Part shown: positions 51,054 through 60,375 of the stretch, piece by piece
How the letters are laid out: each line of letters starts with the position of its first letter
Position numbering within the stretch: the stretch's first letter is position 1
Program-made: the position numbers and the translations under genes
Notes under the pieces: generated by a model
What the model was told of the DNA's origin: nothing
What the model saw: only the letters and a program-made list of their open reading frames with translations
Database searches by the model: none
DNA from: an uncultured bacterium
GTDB lineage: Bacteria; Patescibacteriota; Andersenbacteria; UBA10190; CAIZMI01
DNA length: 64,000 nucleotides
Direction: 5' to 3'
Assembly: GCA_903934015.1 (NCBI GenBank)
Contig: CAIZMI010000015.1
Span: 424-64,423, forward strand

Positions 51054-53477
51054 CTAGTTAGTCGCTTTTGGAGTGGGGGTTGTTGTGGTGGATTTCAGTT
51101 GCACCGAGTACACTCTCGTCTCATCCAGTACGTATAGCATGTCCTCTTTACTGCTGATCGCGATGTCTCGTAGTTCTTTTGCGGATGGGAAGACTAATTG
51201 GTTGGTTAGATTGCCAACCGTATCGTAGACCAATACGCGTTTTTCGGCTTGGTCTAAAATGTATAAATGCTTGATTCCGTCGTAAATTAAGAGGCGCGAT
51301 GGTTTTACAATAGGAGTATTCGTAATTCCTTGTTTAAACTCGACTGGTTTGCCTTTTAACATTTTTACAATTTTACCGTCGTCCATAAGTAGATAAATGT
51401 AGCCATCAACGCCCATGCCAGTGGCGCGTTCGATTGATACTGTACTGTCGGTTAACCATGTATTTCCGCCGTCATATCCGGAGAGTGTTTTACTAAACCC
51501 ATATATCATTTTTTTGGCGGTTGAAAGCAAATAAAGACGGCTACCAAAAATACTTGCTGTGTCAATGTTTTTTATGTCGGCAGGCAATTTAACTTCTTGT
51601 TTAAGCAATTCAGAGCGTTGAGTGTCAAACATAGCAAGCCCGGGAGTGTCTGTGGTGAGAAGGATGGATTTTTCCGCGAAAAGTGGGGTAGCGCCACGGA
51701 AGTAGCCGATACCTTGGGATGTTTGTGAGGCAACCTTTGTTTCCTTGTTGTCTAAGTTAAGGCTGTAAATAGCGTTAGTGACCGGATCAAAGGTGAAGAT
51801 ATTGCGTTCAATATTAATCATTGCGGGTGTTTTTAGTGATCCTGCGATACTGGCAAAGTCTCCTGCCAAATTAGGCGTACTTATGCGGGTTACTTTTTCT
51901 ATTCGATCTTGAATTTCCTGGATAGAAACAATCAGTTTGTCTGATTCGTCTTTGTAGTATCCGCTAGCATTAACTTGATTTGCCATATTAAGCGCTTCTT
52001 GAAGGTCAATTTTGGCCTTTTGTTGGTTGTTGTAAATAAGGGCGGAGTCCGCATTGTCTTTTTTAACTCGCGCTTGTTCAAGCTGTTCGGCTACACCGCG
52101 AATTGCGGTATCTACTTTCTTTTTGTCGGATAAGGAGCGAACGCCAAAGACAAAAATGATGATGAAAATAATTACCACCCCAAGCAGGATTTTTGTTGTT
52201 TTAGGGGTGTTTTTGAAACTAAAAAGGGGCTTAATGATGTTGCGAGTTATTTTAAATATCGGCAAAATGAATCGCTTCAAAAAACTTTCTTTGACTATTG
52301 TTTCTTCCGAATAGCTTACGGTGTCGGAAATAAATTCAGTATCGGATGATTCATTTTCGTTTTCTAACGCAATTTCATCAATGTGGTCTTCTTCCGCATT
52401 TTCAATTTCTTGATTTTCTTCTGGGGCGCGGTTTTTTCGGGTATTGATTAAATTTTTTGTGCCTCGAGCGGTGGCGCTGGCCAAAGAGCCAGTTTTTTTC
52501 ATTGTCCACACAGAAGCCAAAGAAACCAGTGGAAAAAACTTTTCTCGGGTAAATTTCCAGGTAATTGATGTTATTTGTTTAATGATCCGGAGAAGTGTAG
52601 TCCAAAATGTGCGTTTGAGGGGGATAGGGCGACGAGTGCGAATTGTGCTCTGAGTGTTTTCTTCTTGTCGCGCAAGGTTTACTTTTTTTGGCATATTTAT
52701 GGGAACAGCCGGTGCGGGAAGTCTTTCCGGCAGTTTTGAAAATTGTAGTAGTAACAGAGCAAAGGCGGTATTTTCTCGAGCACTATCAAGAAGGGCACGA
52801 AGAGCACTAATAACTTCTTTTGGTGTTTTGCTGGAAACAGTGTGGTTTAGGCGTTCATTTGGAATTAGTTGCGATAGTTGTGGAGTGGCTAATAATAGAA
52901 CGTCGTTTTCTGCTACGGTGCCACTGGCAACACTGGTGAAAGCATGGTGAGGTCGTCGAAGGTTTGGGTCTGAAAGACCTTCGCCAATATCGGTAAGACG
53001 ACCTTTTCTGATAAGTAACAACTCCGCGTCTCCGACGCGACTAATATGGACGTTTTGTCCGGAAAAGGCGCAGGCGGCGGCATGGAAGTTTTCTACCCAA
53101 TCAATTTCTCCTTGTTGTACGTAGTCACTAAGGACATGGTTGGCTTGTTTTAGGGCTTCTTCGAGGCTGTCATACATGTTGCGATTTGGATCGCGGAAGT
53201 ATTCTTTGCGGATTGCGGTCGATACGGCGTCGGTGACTTCGGTTGCACGTTCAGAATGATTTATTGTTTCTAAAACAAGATAAAGAGACCCGAGTTTAGC
53301 TTCGGTTTCATCGGGGTCGTAAATGTAGGTATCGCACAAAACAGTGCTTGCCTCTTTGTCGCAGGTTACTAATTCCGCGGCATCAACAGATAGCATTTTT
53401 ATTTTGGTCGGTGGTCGTTGCGGGACATTTTCAATGTCCGCTTCATCCCGGCCGTAATCCTCTTCACTTTCTTCCAT
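51054..53477 (-). CDS. Membrane protein: PP2C-like N-domain, TM, helical stalk, beta-propeller C-domain
   Basis: ALKQAN, ISRVGDA..LLIRKG, DVLLLAT (degenerate PP2C fold); NHL-like C-terminal blades. Confidence 0.7.
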   Translation of the reverse strand: MEESEEDYGRDEADIENVPQRPPTKIKMLSVDAAELVTCDKEASTVLCDTYIYDPDETEAKLGSLYLVLETINHSERATEVTDAVSTAIRKEYFRDPNRNMYDSLEEALKQANHVLSDYVQQGEIDWVENFHAAACAFSGQNVHISRVGDAELLLIRKGRLTDIGEGLSDPNLRRPHHAFTSVASGTVAENDVLLLATPQLSQLIPNERLNHTVSSKTPKEVISALRALLDSARENTAFALLLLQFSKLPERLPAPAVPINMPKKVNLARQEENTQSTIRTRRPIPLKRTFWTTLLRIIKQITSITWKFTREKFFPLVSLASVWTMKKTGSLASATARGTKNLINTRKNRAPEENQEIENAEEDHIDEIALENENESSDTEFISDTVSYSEETIVKESFLKRFILPIFKITRNIIKPLFSFKNTPKTTKILLGVVIIFIIIFVFGVRSLSDKKKVDTAIRGVAEQLEQARVKKDNADSALIYNNQQKAKIDLQEALNMANQVNASGYYKDESDKLIVSIQEIQDRIEKVTRISTPNLAGDFASIAGSLKTPAMINIERNIFTFDPVTNAIYSLNLDNKETKVASQTSQGIGYFRGATPLFAEKSILLTTDTPGLAMFDTQRSELLKQEVKLPADIKNIDTASIFGSRLYLLSTAKKMIYGFSKTLSGYDGGNTWLTDSTVSIERATGMGVDGYIYLLMDDGKIVKMLKGKPVEFKQGITNTPIVKPSRLLIYDGIKHLYILDQAEKRVLVYDTVGNLTNQLVFPSAKELRDIAISSKEDMLYVLDETRVYSVQLKSTTTTPTPKATN

Positions 53478-53575
53478 ACGGTAAAGTATACAATTCTTAG
53501 TGAGGATATGCCATATCTGGAAATATCAGTCTTTATTTTTGGATCACAACCAAATGTTTGTTTATTGACCAAAAA

Positions 53576-53702
53576 AATTTTCAATTATCAATTTTGCAAT
53601 TTCCAAATAATTATCAATGATTAAATTATCAATAACTTTGTCGCACTTGAAAAATAAAGAATTGGTAATTATTTGATAATTGGTCATTGAAAATTGAAAA
53701 TA
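53576..53702. repeat. AT-rich degenerate 7-mer inverted repeat
   Basis: AATTTTC/AATTATC units facing GATAATT/GAAAATT units; similar to 60098-60198. Confidence 0.7.
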
Positions 53703-53780
53703 TACCAAATTTTGGAATCATGATCAGGTAAAAATTGTCACTTTACTTCTTGTGAAAAGCATCATAATATCTTGATATCT

Positions 53781-54374
53781 ATGCCTATACCACTTGAACG
53801 TCTTTTTGGGTCCAGAACACGCGTAAAGTTGCTTTTTCTCTTTACTAATGGGATTCGTCGTCCATATTATGTCCGTGAACTAACCAGACTTACAAAAGAA
53901 CGCGTTAACTCGATTCGGCGCGAGGTGGAAAATTTACGGCGTATTGGCTTACTCACGACGCACGTGCGAAAAAGCAAGAAATATTATGCTGTAAACCCCA
54001 AATTTGCCTTATTGGAGGATTTGGCAAGATTGATGCATAAAACAGGTAAACCGCTTCAAGATCGGTTGTTCGAGGGTATTAAAAAAGTTGGTAACATCAA
54101 ATTAGTCTTACTTACCGGTCTTTTTTCGCAAAGTAAGACAGCGCCGACTGACTTATTGATTGTCGGTGACGTTAAGGAAGAAGTATTGAAAAATTTTGTT
54201 TTGGGGGTTGAGGAAGAACTAGGCTCGGAAATTAATTACACCTTAATGACCGAAACTGAGTATGAATATCGGAAAAATATGAATGATAATTTTTTGAAGG
54301 AAGTGTATGCAAGTAAGAATGTTGAACTACTGAACGCGCTCGCGCCAAATTTGCGAGTAAAGATCACTAAATAA
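53781..54374 (+). CDS. Winged-helix protein with a degenerate nucleotidyltransferase-like domain
   Basis: LFGSRTRVKLL, YYVRELTR...NSIRREVENL HTH; TDLLIVG, EINYT. Confidence 0.75.
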   Translation: MPIPLERLFGSRTRVKLLFLFTNGIRRPYYVRELTRLTKERVNSIRREVENLRRIGLLTTHVRKSKKYYAVNPKFALLEDLARLMHKTGKPLQDRLFEGIKKVGNIKLVLLTGLFSQSKTAPTDLLIVGDVKEEVLKNFVLGVEEELGSEINYTLMTETEYEYRKNMNDNFLKEVYASKNVELLNALAPNLRVKITK

Positions 54375-54377
54375 CCA

Positions 54378-54558
54378 TAGGGTTTGGTAATAAATAAACG
54401 CTCCATCTTATGTCCACTCCATCTCTGACTACAAGCATTTCTCAATCAAAAATCTTTCAACGTACGTACAGTACGTCTCAATATTTTGTTCAATCAAAAC
54501 ACTCGTATTCAGAGCGTATTGAACAAAATATGGAGTGTTTATTTATTACCAAGCCCTA
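54378..54558. mobile_element. ~181-bp MITE-like palindromic element, copy 2
   Basis: Terminal inverted repeats TAGGGTTTGGTAATAAATAAAC / GTTTATTTATTACCAAGCCCTA; interior homologous to 32333-32513. Confidence 0.8.
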
Positions 54559-54563
54559 ATCTT

Positions 54564-55670
54564 TTGAACGAGACGCAGTTTCTCTCTCCCGGCAACCTCG
54601 CGCAAGAGCCTTATAAAATTTGTATCACGTCTTTTTTGGCTCGTTTTTTGAGGGTGGTAGGTTTTTTTGTTGATCACAAAAAGGCTGTTGGGCTTTCACG
54701 CTTAATGGAGAAAAATGTTGAAATATTTCTGCCGTTTTTTAATTGGTTCAATATAAAATCGGAGATTCGACAAGAGGTTGTAAATGAATTTAAAAAAACT
54801 CTGGAGGGGTACGGAATGACTGATTTAAGGTCTTTTCATGGTGGTTACGCCGGTCAGGGTTTTTTGCTGTCACGTTTTTTCATGAACCCCGGTGATCCTC
54901 GAATTCTTAAGCAAAATATTCGAAATATGCAACGGGAAATTAATTTGTTGGGGGAGTTAAGAAAGGTTTTTAAGATTGAGCATCCGATCATTTACGTTTT
55001 GCATTGTGGGCGAAGAGAGAAGGGTATTGGAAGGGAAGAGTCAATTCAGGCGACTGTTTCTTCTATTAAGTCGGTAATGGGGGACGCGCTTACTGCTGGA
55101 GTGTGTATTTCACTTGAAAATACCTATTCACATCCGGGTGAAGAAGAAATTGGTACATTTTTTGGAAGTTTAAAAGACGTTCTATCGCAGATTGGCGTGG
55201 AGTGGATTGAGCGTGGTGTGCTTGGTTGTACGCTTGATCCAGCGCATGCCTTGCTGACTTATAGTGGCAATTATGATGCTCTGGAAAAGGATTTGGCGGA
55301 ACTGCTACCTTGGTTTGTGCATATTCATGTTAATCACCCGCGAACAGCAAGAAATAAGACCGGAGAGCTATTTTCGGAGTGGAGCTTGGGAGATGATAAT
55401 CACAATGCGCCGGTAAAAATTCCTAACAGAACACGGTATTGGTCTTTGCTTGGGAAAGTGATTGCCAATAGCAAAATTTCATCATGGCGCACGATTACCT
55501 ATGAAGTAAACTGGGCGGTTCCGATTTTGCGAGCGATCTTTGGCGGGAGTCCGTTGAATGAAGTAAGGGTTGGTTGGGAAGCATTAGAAAGGTTCTGTAA
55601 TCATCCCACGGAAAGGTTTGACGTGCCGGCAATCGAACGCTATATTGACGCGGAACTGGGGAAGAATTAG
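54564..55670 (+). CDS. Sugar phosphate isomerase/epimerase-like TIM barrel (AP endonuclease 2 family)
   Basis: VLHCG, ISLEN, CTLDPAHA, HIHVN, TYEV metal-binding motifs; start uncertain. Confidence 0.7.
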   Translation: MNETQFLSPGNLAQEPYKICITSFLARFLRVVGFFVDHKKAVGLSRLMEKNVEIFLPFFNWFNIKSEIRQEVVNEFKKTLEGYGMTDLRSFHGGYAGQGFLLSRFFMNPGDPRILKQNIRNMQREINLLGELRKVFKIEHPIIYVLHCGRREKGIGREESIQATVSSIKSVMGDALTAGVCISLENTYSHPGEEEIGTFFGSLKDVLSQIGVEWIERGVLGCTLDPAHALLTYSGNYDALEKDLAELLPWFVHIHVNHPRTARNKTGELFSEWSLGDDNHNAPVKIPNRTRYWSLLGKVIANSKISSWRTITYEVNWAVPILRAIFGGSPLNEVRVGWEALERFCNHPTERFDVPAIERYIDAELGKN

Positions 55671-55782
55671 GGCGCATAGCTCAGTGGTAGAGCGTTGCAT
55701 TCACATTGCAAAGGTCGAAGGTTCGCCCACGCACCATAAAGGTGCGGGGCGCCCAGTACCCAACGTGGTACTGGGCGATACC
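55670..55782 (+). pseudogene. Disrupted partial tRNA-Val(CAC)
   Basis: 56 nt identical to the intact copy, a 52-nt insert in the T loop, then ATACC; the 3' acceptor strand is missing. Confidence 0.85.
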
Positions 55783-55824
55783 AAAAAAATGTATTTTAGA
55801 AAATTAATGAGTTTATAATTTTTC

Positions 55825-55896
55825 GGGCGCATAGCTCAGTGGTAGAGCGTTGCATTCACATTGCAAAGGTCGAAGGTTCGATACCTTCTGCGCCCA
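55825..55896 (+). tRNA. tRNA-Val(CAC)
   Basis: GGGCGCA..TGCGCCC-A, anticodon loop TTCACAT; TATAAT at 55814-55819. Confidence 0.94.
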
Positions 55897-55912
55897 CTAA
55901 AAAATAATAACC

Positions 55913-56500
55913 ATGGCATCAATTAAAAAGAACGATTGGTCGGAATATTTTCAAATTACCAAAAACAATCCCCCTTCAAAACTTCTCGTCAAAGCTCTTA
56001 AATATGTTGTCAATAAGGGCAAGGCGATTGATGTCGGTGCCGGGGCATTGAAAGATACACGTTTTTTAGTAGAGAATGGCTTTGATGTAATAGCTGTTGA
56101 TAAATCGGATCTAATGGCAAAAGAAGCGAAGGAGATAAAATCGGAAAATCTTCATTACTTTGTTTCTTCGTTTGCTGATTTTGAGTTTCCAAAAAACGAA
56201 TACGATATTGCTTCGGCCATGTATGCTTTGCCGTTTAATTCGCCGGAAAGTTTTGATCTTGTTTTTACAAAAATAAAAAGTTCGCTTGTAAAGGGTGGTA
56301 TATTTTGTGGGCAATTCTTCGGTGTTCACGATGCGTGGAGTGATGATAAAATGATGACTTTTCACAACAAAGAACAGGTAGAAAAATTACTTTCAGGCAT
56401 GGAGGTAATTTTGTTTGACGAAGAAGAGAAAGACGATAAAACCGCCAACGGTACGCCAAAGCATTGGCATCTTTTTTACGTTATCGCTAAGAAATTTTAA
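55913..56500 (+). CDS. Class I SAM-dependent methyltransferase (TehB-like)
   Basis: AIDVGAG, VIAVD, LVKGG.FCGQFFG. Confidence 0.88.
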   Translation: MASIKKNDWSEYFQITKNNPPSKLLVKALKYVVNKGKAIDVGAGALKDTRFLVENGFDVIAVDKSDLMAKEAKEIKSENLHYFVSSFADFEFPKNEYDIASAMYALPFNSPESFDLVFTKIKSSLVKGGIFCGQFFGVHDAWSDDKMMTFHNKEQVEKLLSGMEVILFDEEEKDDKTANGTPKHWHLFYVIAKKF

Positions 56501-56516
56501 GTGCTATAATATGCCC

Positions 56517-57635
56517 ATGAACTACAGTCAAATTATCAAGCGCAGTTGGAAAAAATGGAGTATTTTATTTGTTGTTTTGTTAATAATTTGTGGTGGTGTT
56601 TTATTAAGTAAGATGAATCAGCAAAGGAATAAGACTAAAGTAGCTGTTCCGGTGCTTATTTATACGCAAGAAATTGAAAGTGCAGAGAATGAATATCTTA
56701 GGCCAACGGTAAATATTATGCGAAAAATGGGTGATGCTAAACCGGAAAAATTGGCTGAGATTGAAGGTAGCGGGTATCCAGAAGTTGGGCTTAGTCCTGA
56801 TAAAAAAGATCTGTTAATCAATCTGGGAAGCAAATTGCAGGTTCTAAACTTAAAAACAAAAGAACTAAGCGATTTATTTATTCCCAAATTACGCGTTGTG
56901 AGCGCGTCATATTCGTCGGATGGGAAGCAATTGTTTATTTGGGATCAAGATTTGACTGACTTTCTTGAAGTTGATAAGTATTTTGTCCATCGGTTTACAT
57001 TGTCAAACCGTAAAGATGAAGTTATTAATCAGGGAAGCACGAATCTATTTGCGGGGAGGGTTTGGCGCGATGATGGAAAAGTGGTTCTGATGAGGCCACT
57101 CGGTAGCGCAGCACACTTGTATTTTTATGATTTAGCAAACAATTCAATTTCACGAACAGTTGGAGATCCAGGATTCGGTGATGTCAGTACAAGCGGAAAA
57201 CGCATGGCGGTCGCGAAAAATACTATTGGGGATGTATGTAATGGGTATGGTGGTGACGCGGTAAACGCATATGATATTATTGATCCTGTTTCTGGTGAAA
57301 TTGTTGGTAGTATTGGTGTCGCCGATAATCATGTGGATGTTGTTGCGTTTTCTCCTGATGATCGGGAAGTTTTGTATTACAGTGAAAAATTATGGGAAAA
57401 TTCAAGTGATTGTGGAAAAAATGCTCAAAAATCATATTTTAAAAAAGACATTTCGACAAATACAATTTCTTCGGTGGCTGATCCAATGCAGATATTGTCG
57501 GCTTGGAACAGCGGTGGTTTTTTATCAACACAGGAAAAAGATCCCGATAGCTCTATGTGGACACTAAAATTTAATAATCAAGCTATTTTAACGTCGGATA
57601 TGGATATAAGAGTAATTGCTGAGTATTATCAGTAA
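56517..57635 (+). CDS. Membrane-anchored beta-propeller hypothetical protein
   Basis: TM helix, then LSPDKK, YSSDGK, WRDDGK, FSPDDR PD40/WD-like blades. Confidence 0.75.
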   Translation: MNYSQIIKRSWKKWSILFVVLLIICGGVLLSKMNQQRNKTKVAVPVLIYTQEIESAENEYLRPTVNIMRKMGDAKPEKLAEIEGSGYPEVGLSPDKKDLLINLGSKLQVLNLKTKELSDLFIPKLRVVSASYSSDGKQLFIWDQDLTDFLEVDKYFVHRFTLSNRKDEVINQGSTNLFAGRVWRDDGKVVLMRPLGSAAHLYFYDLANNSISRTVGDPGFGDVSTSGKRMAVAKNTIGDVCNGYGGDAVNAYDIIDPVSGEIVGSIGVADNHVDVVAFSPDDREVLYYSEKLWENSSDCGKNAQKSYFKKDISTNTISSVADPMQILSAWNSGGFLSTQEKDPDSSMWTLKFNNQAILTSDMDIRVIAEYYQ

Positions 57636-57654
57636 AATCTGCTATAATATCCTC

Positions 57655-58674
57655 ATGAACTACGGTCAAATTATCAAGCGCAGTTGGGAGATTCTTAAAA
57701 ACAACAAGTTTCTGTGGGGATTAGGTATTCTTGCGGGGTTGGTTTCGGGGGGTGGTGGGGTGCCCTCGTTTAATTTTCCTTCCAATTTTCAATCTGCTCA
57801 ACCAACACCCGCGACTATACAGACTTGGCCAACAGTCAGTCCGGCAAGTGGTGATGCTAATCTTTCAATGGCAAATGTTGGGCGTGTGCTTGGTGAGGTT
57901 GTGGATAGGAGCGGGGATGCGGTTAAAAGTCCTATTTCAGCAACGACAATTTCAATAATTGTTTTGTGTGTCGTATTTGGAATAATTATTGGCTTAGTTA
58001 TTTTGTATTTTGGTACTTCCGCCCAGGCGGGTTTAATTTTGGCTGTGGATAAGTTGGAAACAACAAGTGAAAAAATGGGCTTTAAAAAGGCGCTTAATGA
58101 GGGGAAAAAGTATTTTTGGCGTATTTTTGGCGCGGGGTTGTTGTACTCGGCTTATGTTCTGATTTTTCTGGTTATCTGCGGGGCGTTGATTGGTATAGCA
58201 ATATTGCTAAATAATACGGTTGCAACCGTTGTGATTATACTGCTTGGCGTAGTTTTGGTTATTGCGTTTTTGGTGTCTTGTCTTTATTTGGTGGTACTTT
58301 ATTTGTTTGTCACTCAAATTATCGTTTTGGAAAATTTGGGTCCGATTGAGGCGCTTAAAAAAGCACACATATTGGTAAAAAACAATTGGCGTGATGTGTT
58401 GATTAGTTGGGTGATAATGATGGGAATTGGCTTTGTGGTTGGACTTGCGCTTGTTCTTGCCCTTTTGATTGTTGGTGCAATTTTGGCGCTTGTCGGTTTT
58501 GGTGTTTATGGATTGACAGGAGTGGTTGGTACGGTAATTTACGGTATCATTTTTGGAATTATTTTGTTTGTTGTGCTGTTGGTTGTTAGAGGTTTTATTA
58601 CGGCATATATGTCGATTTTTACTACTTTGGTATATCGTGCGCTATACTATATTCAAGCACAAAAAGCGGTTTAA
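57655..58674 (+). CDS. Multi-pass membrane protein of unknown function
   Basis: IIKRSW..L...K.LW.LG, GKKYFWR, ALKKA..LVK.NW; about six TM helices. Confidence 0.8.
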   Translation: MNYGQIIKRSWEILKNNKFLWGLGILAGLVSGGGGVPSFNFPSNFQSAQPTPATIQTWPTVSPASGDANLSMANVGRVLGEVVDRSGDAVKSPISATTISIIVLCVVFGIIIGLVILYFGTSAQAGLILAVDKLETTSEKMGFKKALNEGKKYFWRIFGAGLLYSAYVLIFLVICGALIGIAILLNNTVATVVIILLGVVLVIAFLVSCLYLVVLYLFVTQIIVLENLGPIEALKKAHILVKNNWRDVLISWVIMMGIGFVVGLALVLALLIVGAILALVGFGVYGLTGVVGTVIYGIIFGIILFVVLLVVRGFITAYMSIFTTLVYRALYYIQAQKAV

Positions 58675-58694
58675 TTAATTTTAACAATAAAACA

Positions 58695-59180
58695 ATGGAA
58701 AACAATCAAGAGCAAGTTCCGGTACAACCACCTGTTACGGCACAAGCACCAGTTGGGGTTAATTCGGTAGGTACAAGTGGTGTTGATGGGCCAAATGGAC
58801 CGTTTCCGGCCGAATTAAATCACTGGAATTGGGGTGCGTTTTTACTTAGCTGGATCTGGGCAATCGGTAATCATGTCTGGATTGGCTTGTTGGTTTTGCT
58901 TTCCTTTATTCCTGTTATCGGTGGAATAATTGCCTTGGTAATGGTTATTATGTTGGGCATCAAAGGTAATGAATGGGCTTGGAAAGCGAAGAAATGGGAC
59001 AGTGTTGAGCATTTCAAAACAGTGCAAAAAAAGTGGGCCAAGTGGGGCGTTATTTTGCTGATTGTGGGGATTGTAGTTGGAATTCTCGTGGCGGTTGCCG
59101 TGATTGCGTTATTGGCTAAGGTTGCAACTGAAGCGCCAGGTATGATTCAACAGTTTGATGCAAACATTCCACAACAATAA
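58695..59180 (+). CDS. Membrane protein with WNWGAF motif
   Basis: WNWGAFLLSWIWAIGN, GNEWAW, QKKW; terminator at 59202-59239. Confidence 0.8.
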   Translation: MENNQEQVPVQPPVTAQAPVGVNSVGTSGVDGPNGPFPAELNHWNWGAFLLSWIWAIGNHVWIGLLVLLSFIPVIGGIIALVMVIMLGIKGNEWAWKAKKWDSVEHFKTVQKKWAKWGVILLIVGIVVGILVAVAVIALLAKVATEAPGMIQQFDANIPQQ

Positions 59181-59268
59181 AATTGATAATTATCAAAAAA
59201 TAAAACGTTATCCCTGTCATAAGCAGGGATTCGTTTTTTAATGGTTGATAAATTAGTGATTTAATTTG

Positions 59269-59304
59269 ATTAGGGTCCGACCTTTAAAAAGGTCGGACCC
59301 TAAT
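59269..59304. repeat. GGTCCGACC palindrome, copy 2
   Basis: ATTAGGGTCCGACCTTT-AA-AAAGGTCGGACCCTAAT. Confidence 0.75.
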
Positions 59305-59348
59305 GCGTATTATTCGCCAGTTTCCGCTTTTACCCTTATCCTTTTTCT

Positions 59349-60047
59349 ATGACCGAAATTACATTACAGCCGAATGAGGGGAAGAAGTTGGAGCGATTAG
59401 TGGCCGGGGAAAATTATCTCCGATTCCCGATTAAAACTCATGTTATTAAATCAACGGATAATATTGAAGAAATTGCAAAACAGTATTTGGCCCCTTTGAT
59501 TCAAGCGGGCGATATGGTGGCGATTTCAGAAAAAGTTGTAGCGATAACTCAAGGTCGTTCATATCCAATCAAAGATATTCATCCATCATGGTTGGCAAAA
59601 TTGTTAGTGATGTTTGTCTTTAAACCAAAATGGGGGATTGGATTAGGGAGTCCGTGGACAATGGAACTGGCTTTGAGGGAGGCTGGAGCACCACGAATCC
59701 TCTTTGCTGCATTGGTTTCGGCTCTAACAAAGCCGTTTGGTGTGCGTGGTGTGTTTTATCGTGTGGCAGGAAAGAATATCAATGCCATTGATGGGCCTAC
59801 GCCATACACATTGCCACCGTACAATGAGTATGCAAAATTAGCCCCGAAAGATCCGGACAAGGTGGCGCAAAAGTTGTCTGAATTACTAAAAGTTGGCGTA
59901 GCAATTATTGATGCCAATGATATCGGCGTGAATGTGCTGGGGGTGTCAAATGGTGTTGATATGGGATTGATAAACGAATTGTTTAAGGATAACCCGCTGG
60001 GACAGACAACAGAACAGACACCACTGTGTATAATTAGAAAGAAGTAG
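59349..60047 (+). CDS. F420-0:gamma-glutamyl ligase (CofE)-family protein
   Basis: PIKTH, ISEKVVAITQGR, AIDGP, IIDAND, DNPLGQ..EQTP. Confidence 0.8.
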   Translation: MTEITLQPNEGKKLERLVAGENYLRFPIKTHVIKSTDNIEEIAKQYLAPLIQAGDMVAISEKVVAITQGRSYPIKDIHPSWLAKLLVMFVFKPKWGIGLGSPWTMELALREAGAPRILFAALVSALTKPFGVRGVFYRVAGKNINAIDGPTPYTLPPYNEYAKLAPKDPDKVAQKLSELLKVGVAIIDANDIGVNVLGVSNGVDMGLINELFKDNPLGQTTEQTPLCIIRKK

Positions 60048-60097
60048 AAATACGTTTTTTTTGAAGGCAAGTGAAATCTTGTCTTATCAAAATTGGC

Positions 60098-60198
60098 TTT
60101 CAATTTTCAAATAATTATCAATTATCAAAACTGCATTATTGTTTGAAAATTGAAGTTTGAACATTACTTGAAAATTGTAAAATTGATAATTGAAAATT
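60098..60198. repeat. AT-rich degenerate 7-mer inverted repeat
   Basis: CAATTTT/CAATTAT units facing GAAAATT/GATAATT units. Confidence 0.65.
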
Positions 60199-60318
60199 TA
60201 TCAGAGGGTGTGGTTTTGTGTGCTAATTTGTCATTTTTCTACACAATTTATTGTTTTTGATCATTTTGTGTACTTTATCCCTTGAAAAGGGGTGTTTTTT
60301 GGTGTATATTGGTTGTAG

Positions 60319-60354
60319 GTGGAAAAAAGTGGGGAAAAGTGGGGAAAACAGTGG
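60319..60354 (+). promoter_or_regulatory. MraZ-binding GTGG(G) repeats (dcw boxes)
   Basis: GTGG/GTGGG at 60319, 60329 and 60339 (10-bp period) and at 60351, upstream of mraZ. Confidence 0.8.
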
Positions 60355-60375
60355 ATAACTTTTCAAGAAGCCAAG

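Noticed and set aside
54486-54563. Predicted N-terminus of the TIM-barrel ORF
   Set aside because: It lies inside the 181-bp MITE-like element and is probably read-through rather than the real start.
55670-55896. tRNA-Val duplication as a prophage/ICE att site or an intron-containing tRNA
   Set aside because: There is no integrase and only about 40 nt lie between the copies. Removing the insert still leaves a tRNA without its 3' T-stem end and acceptor strand.
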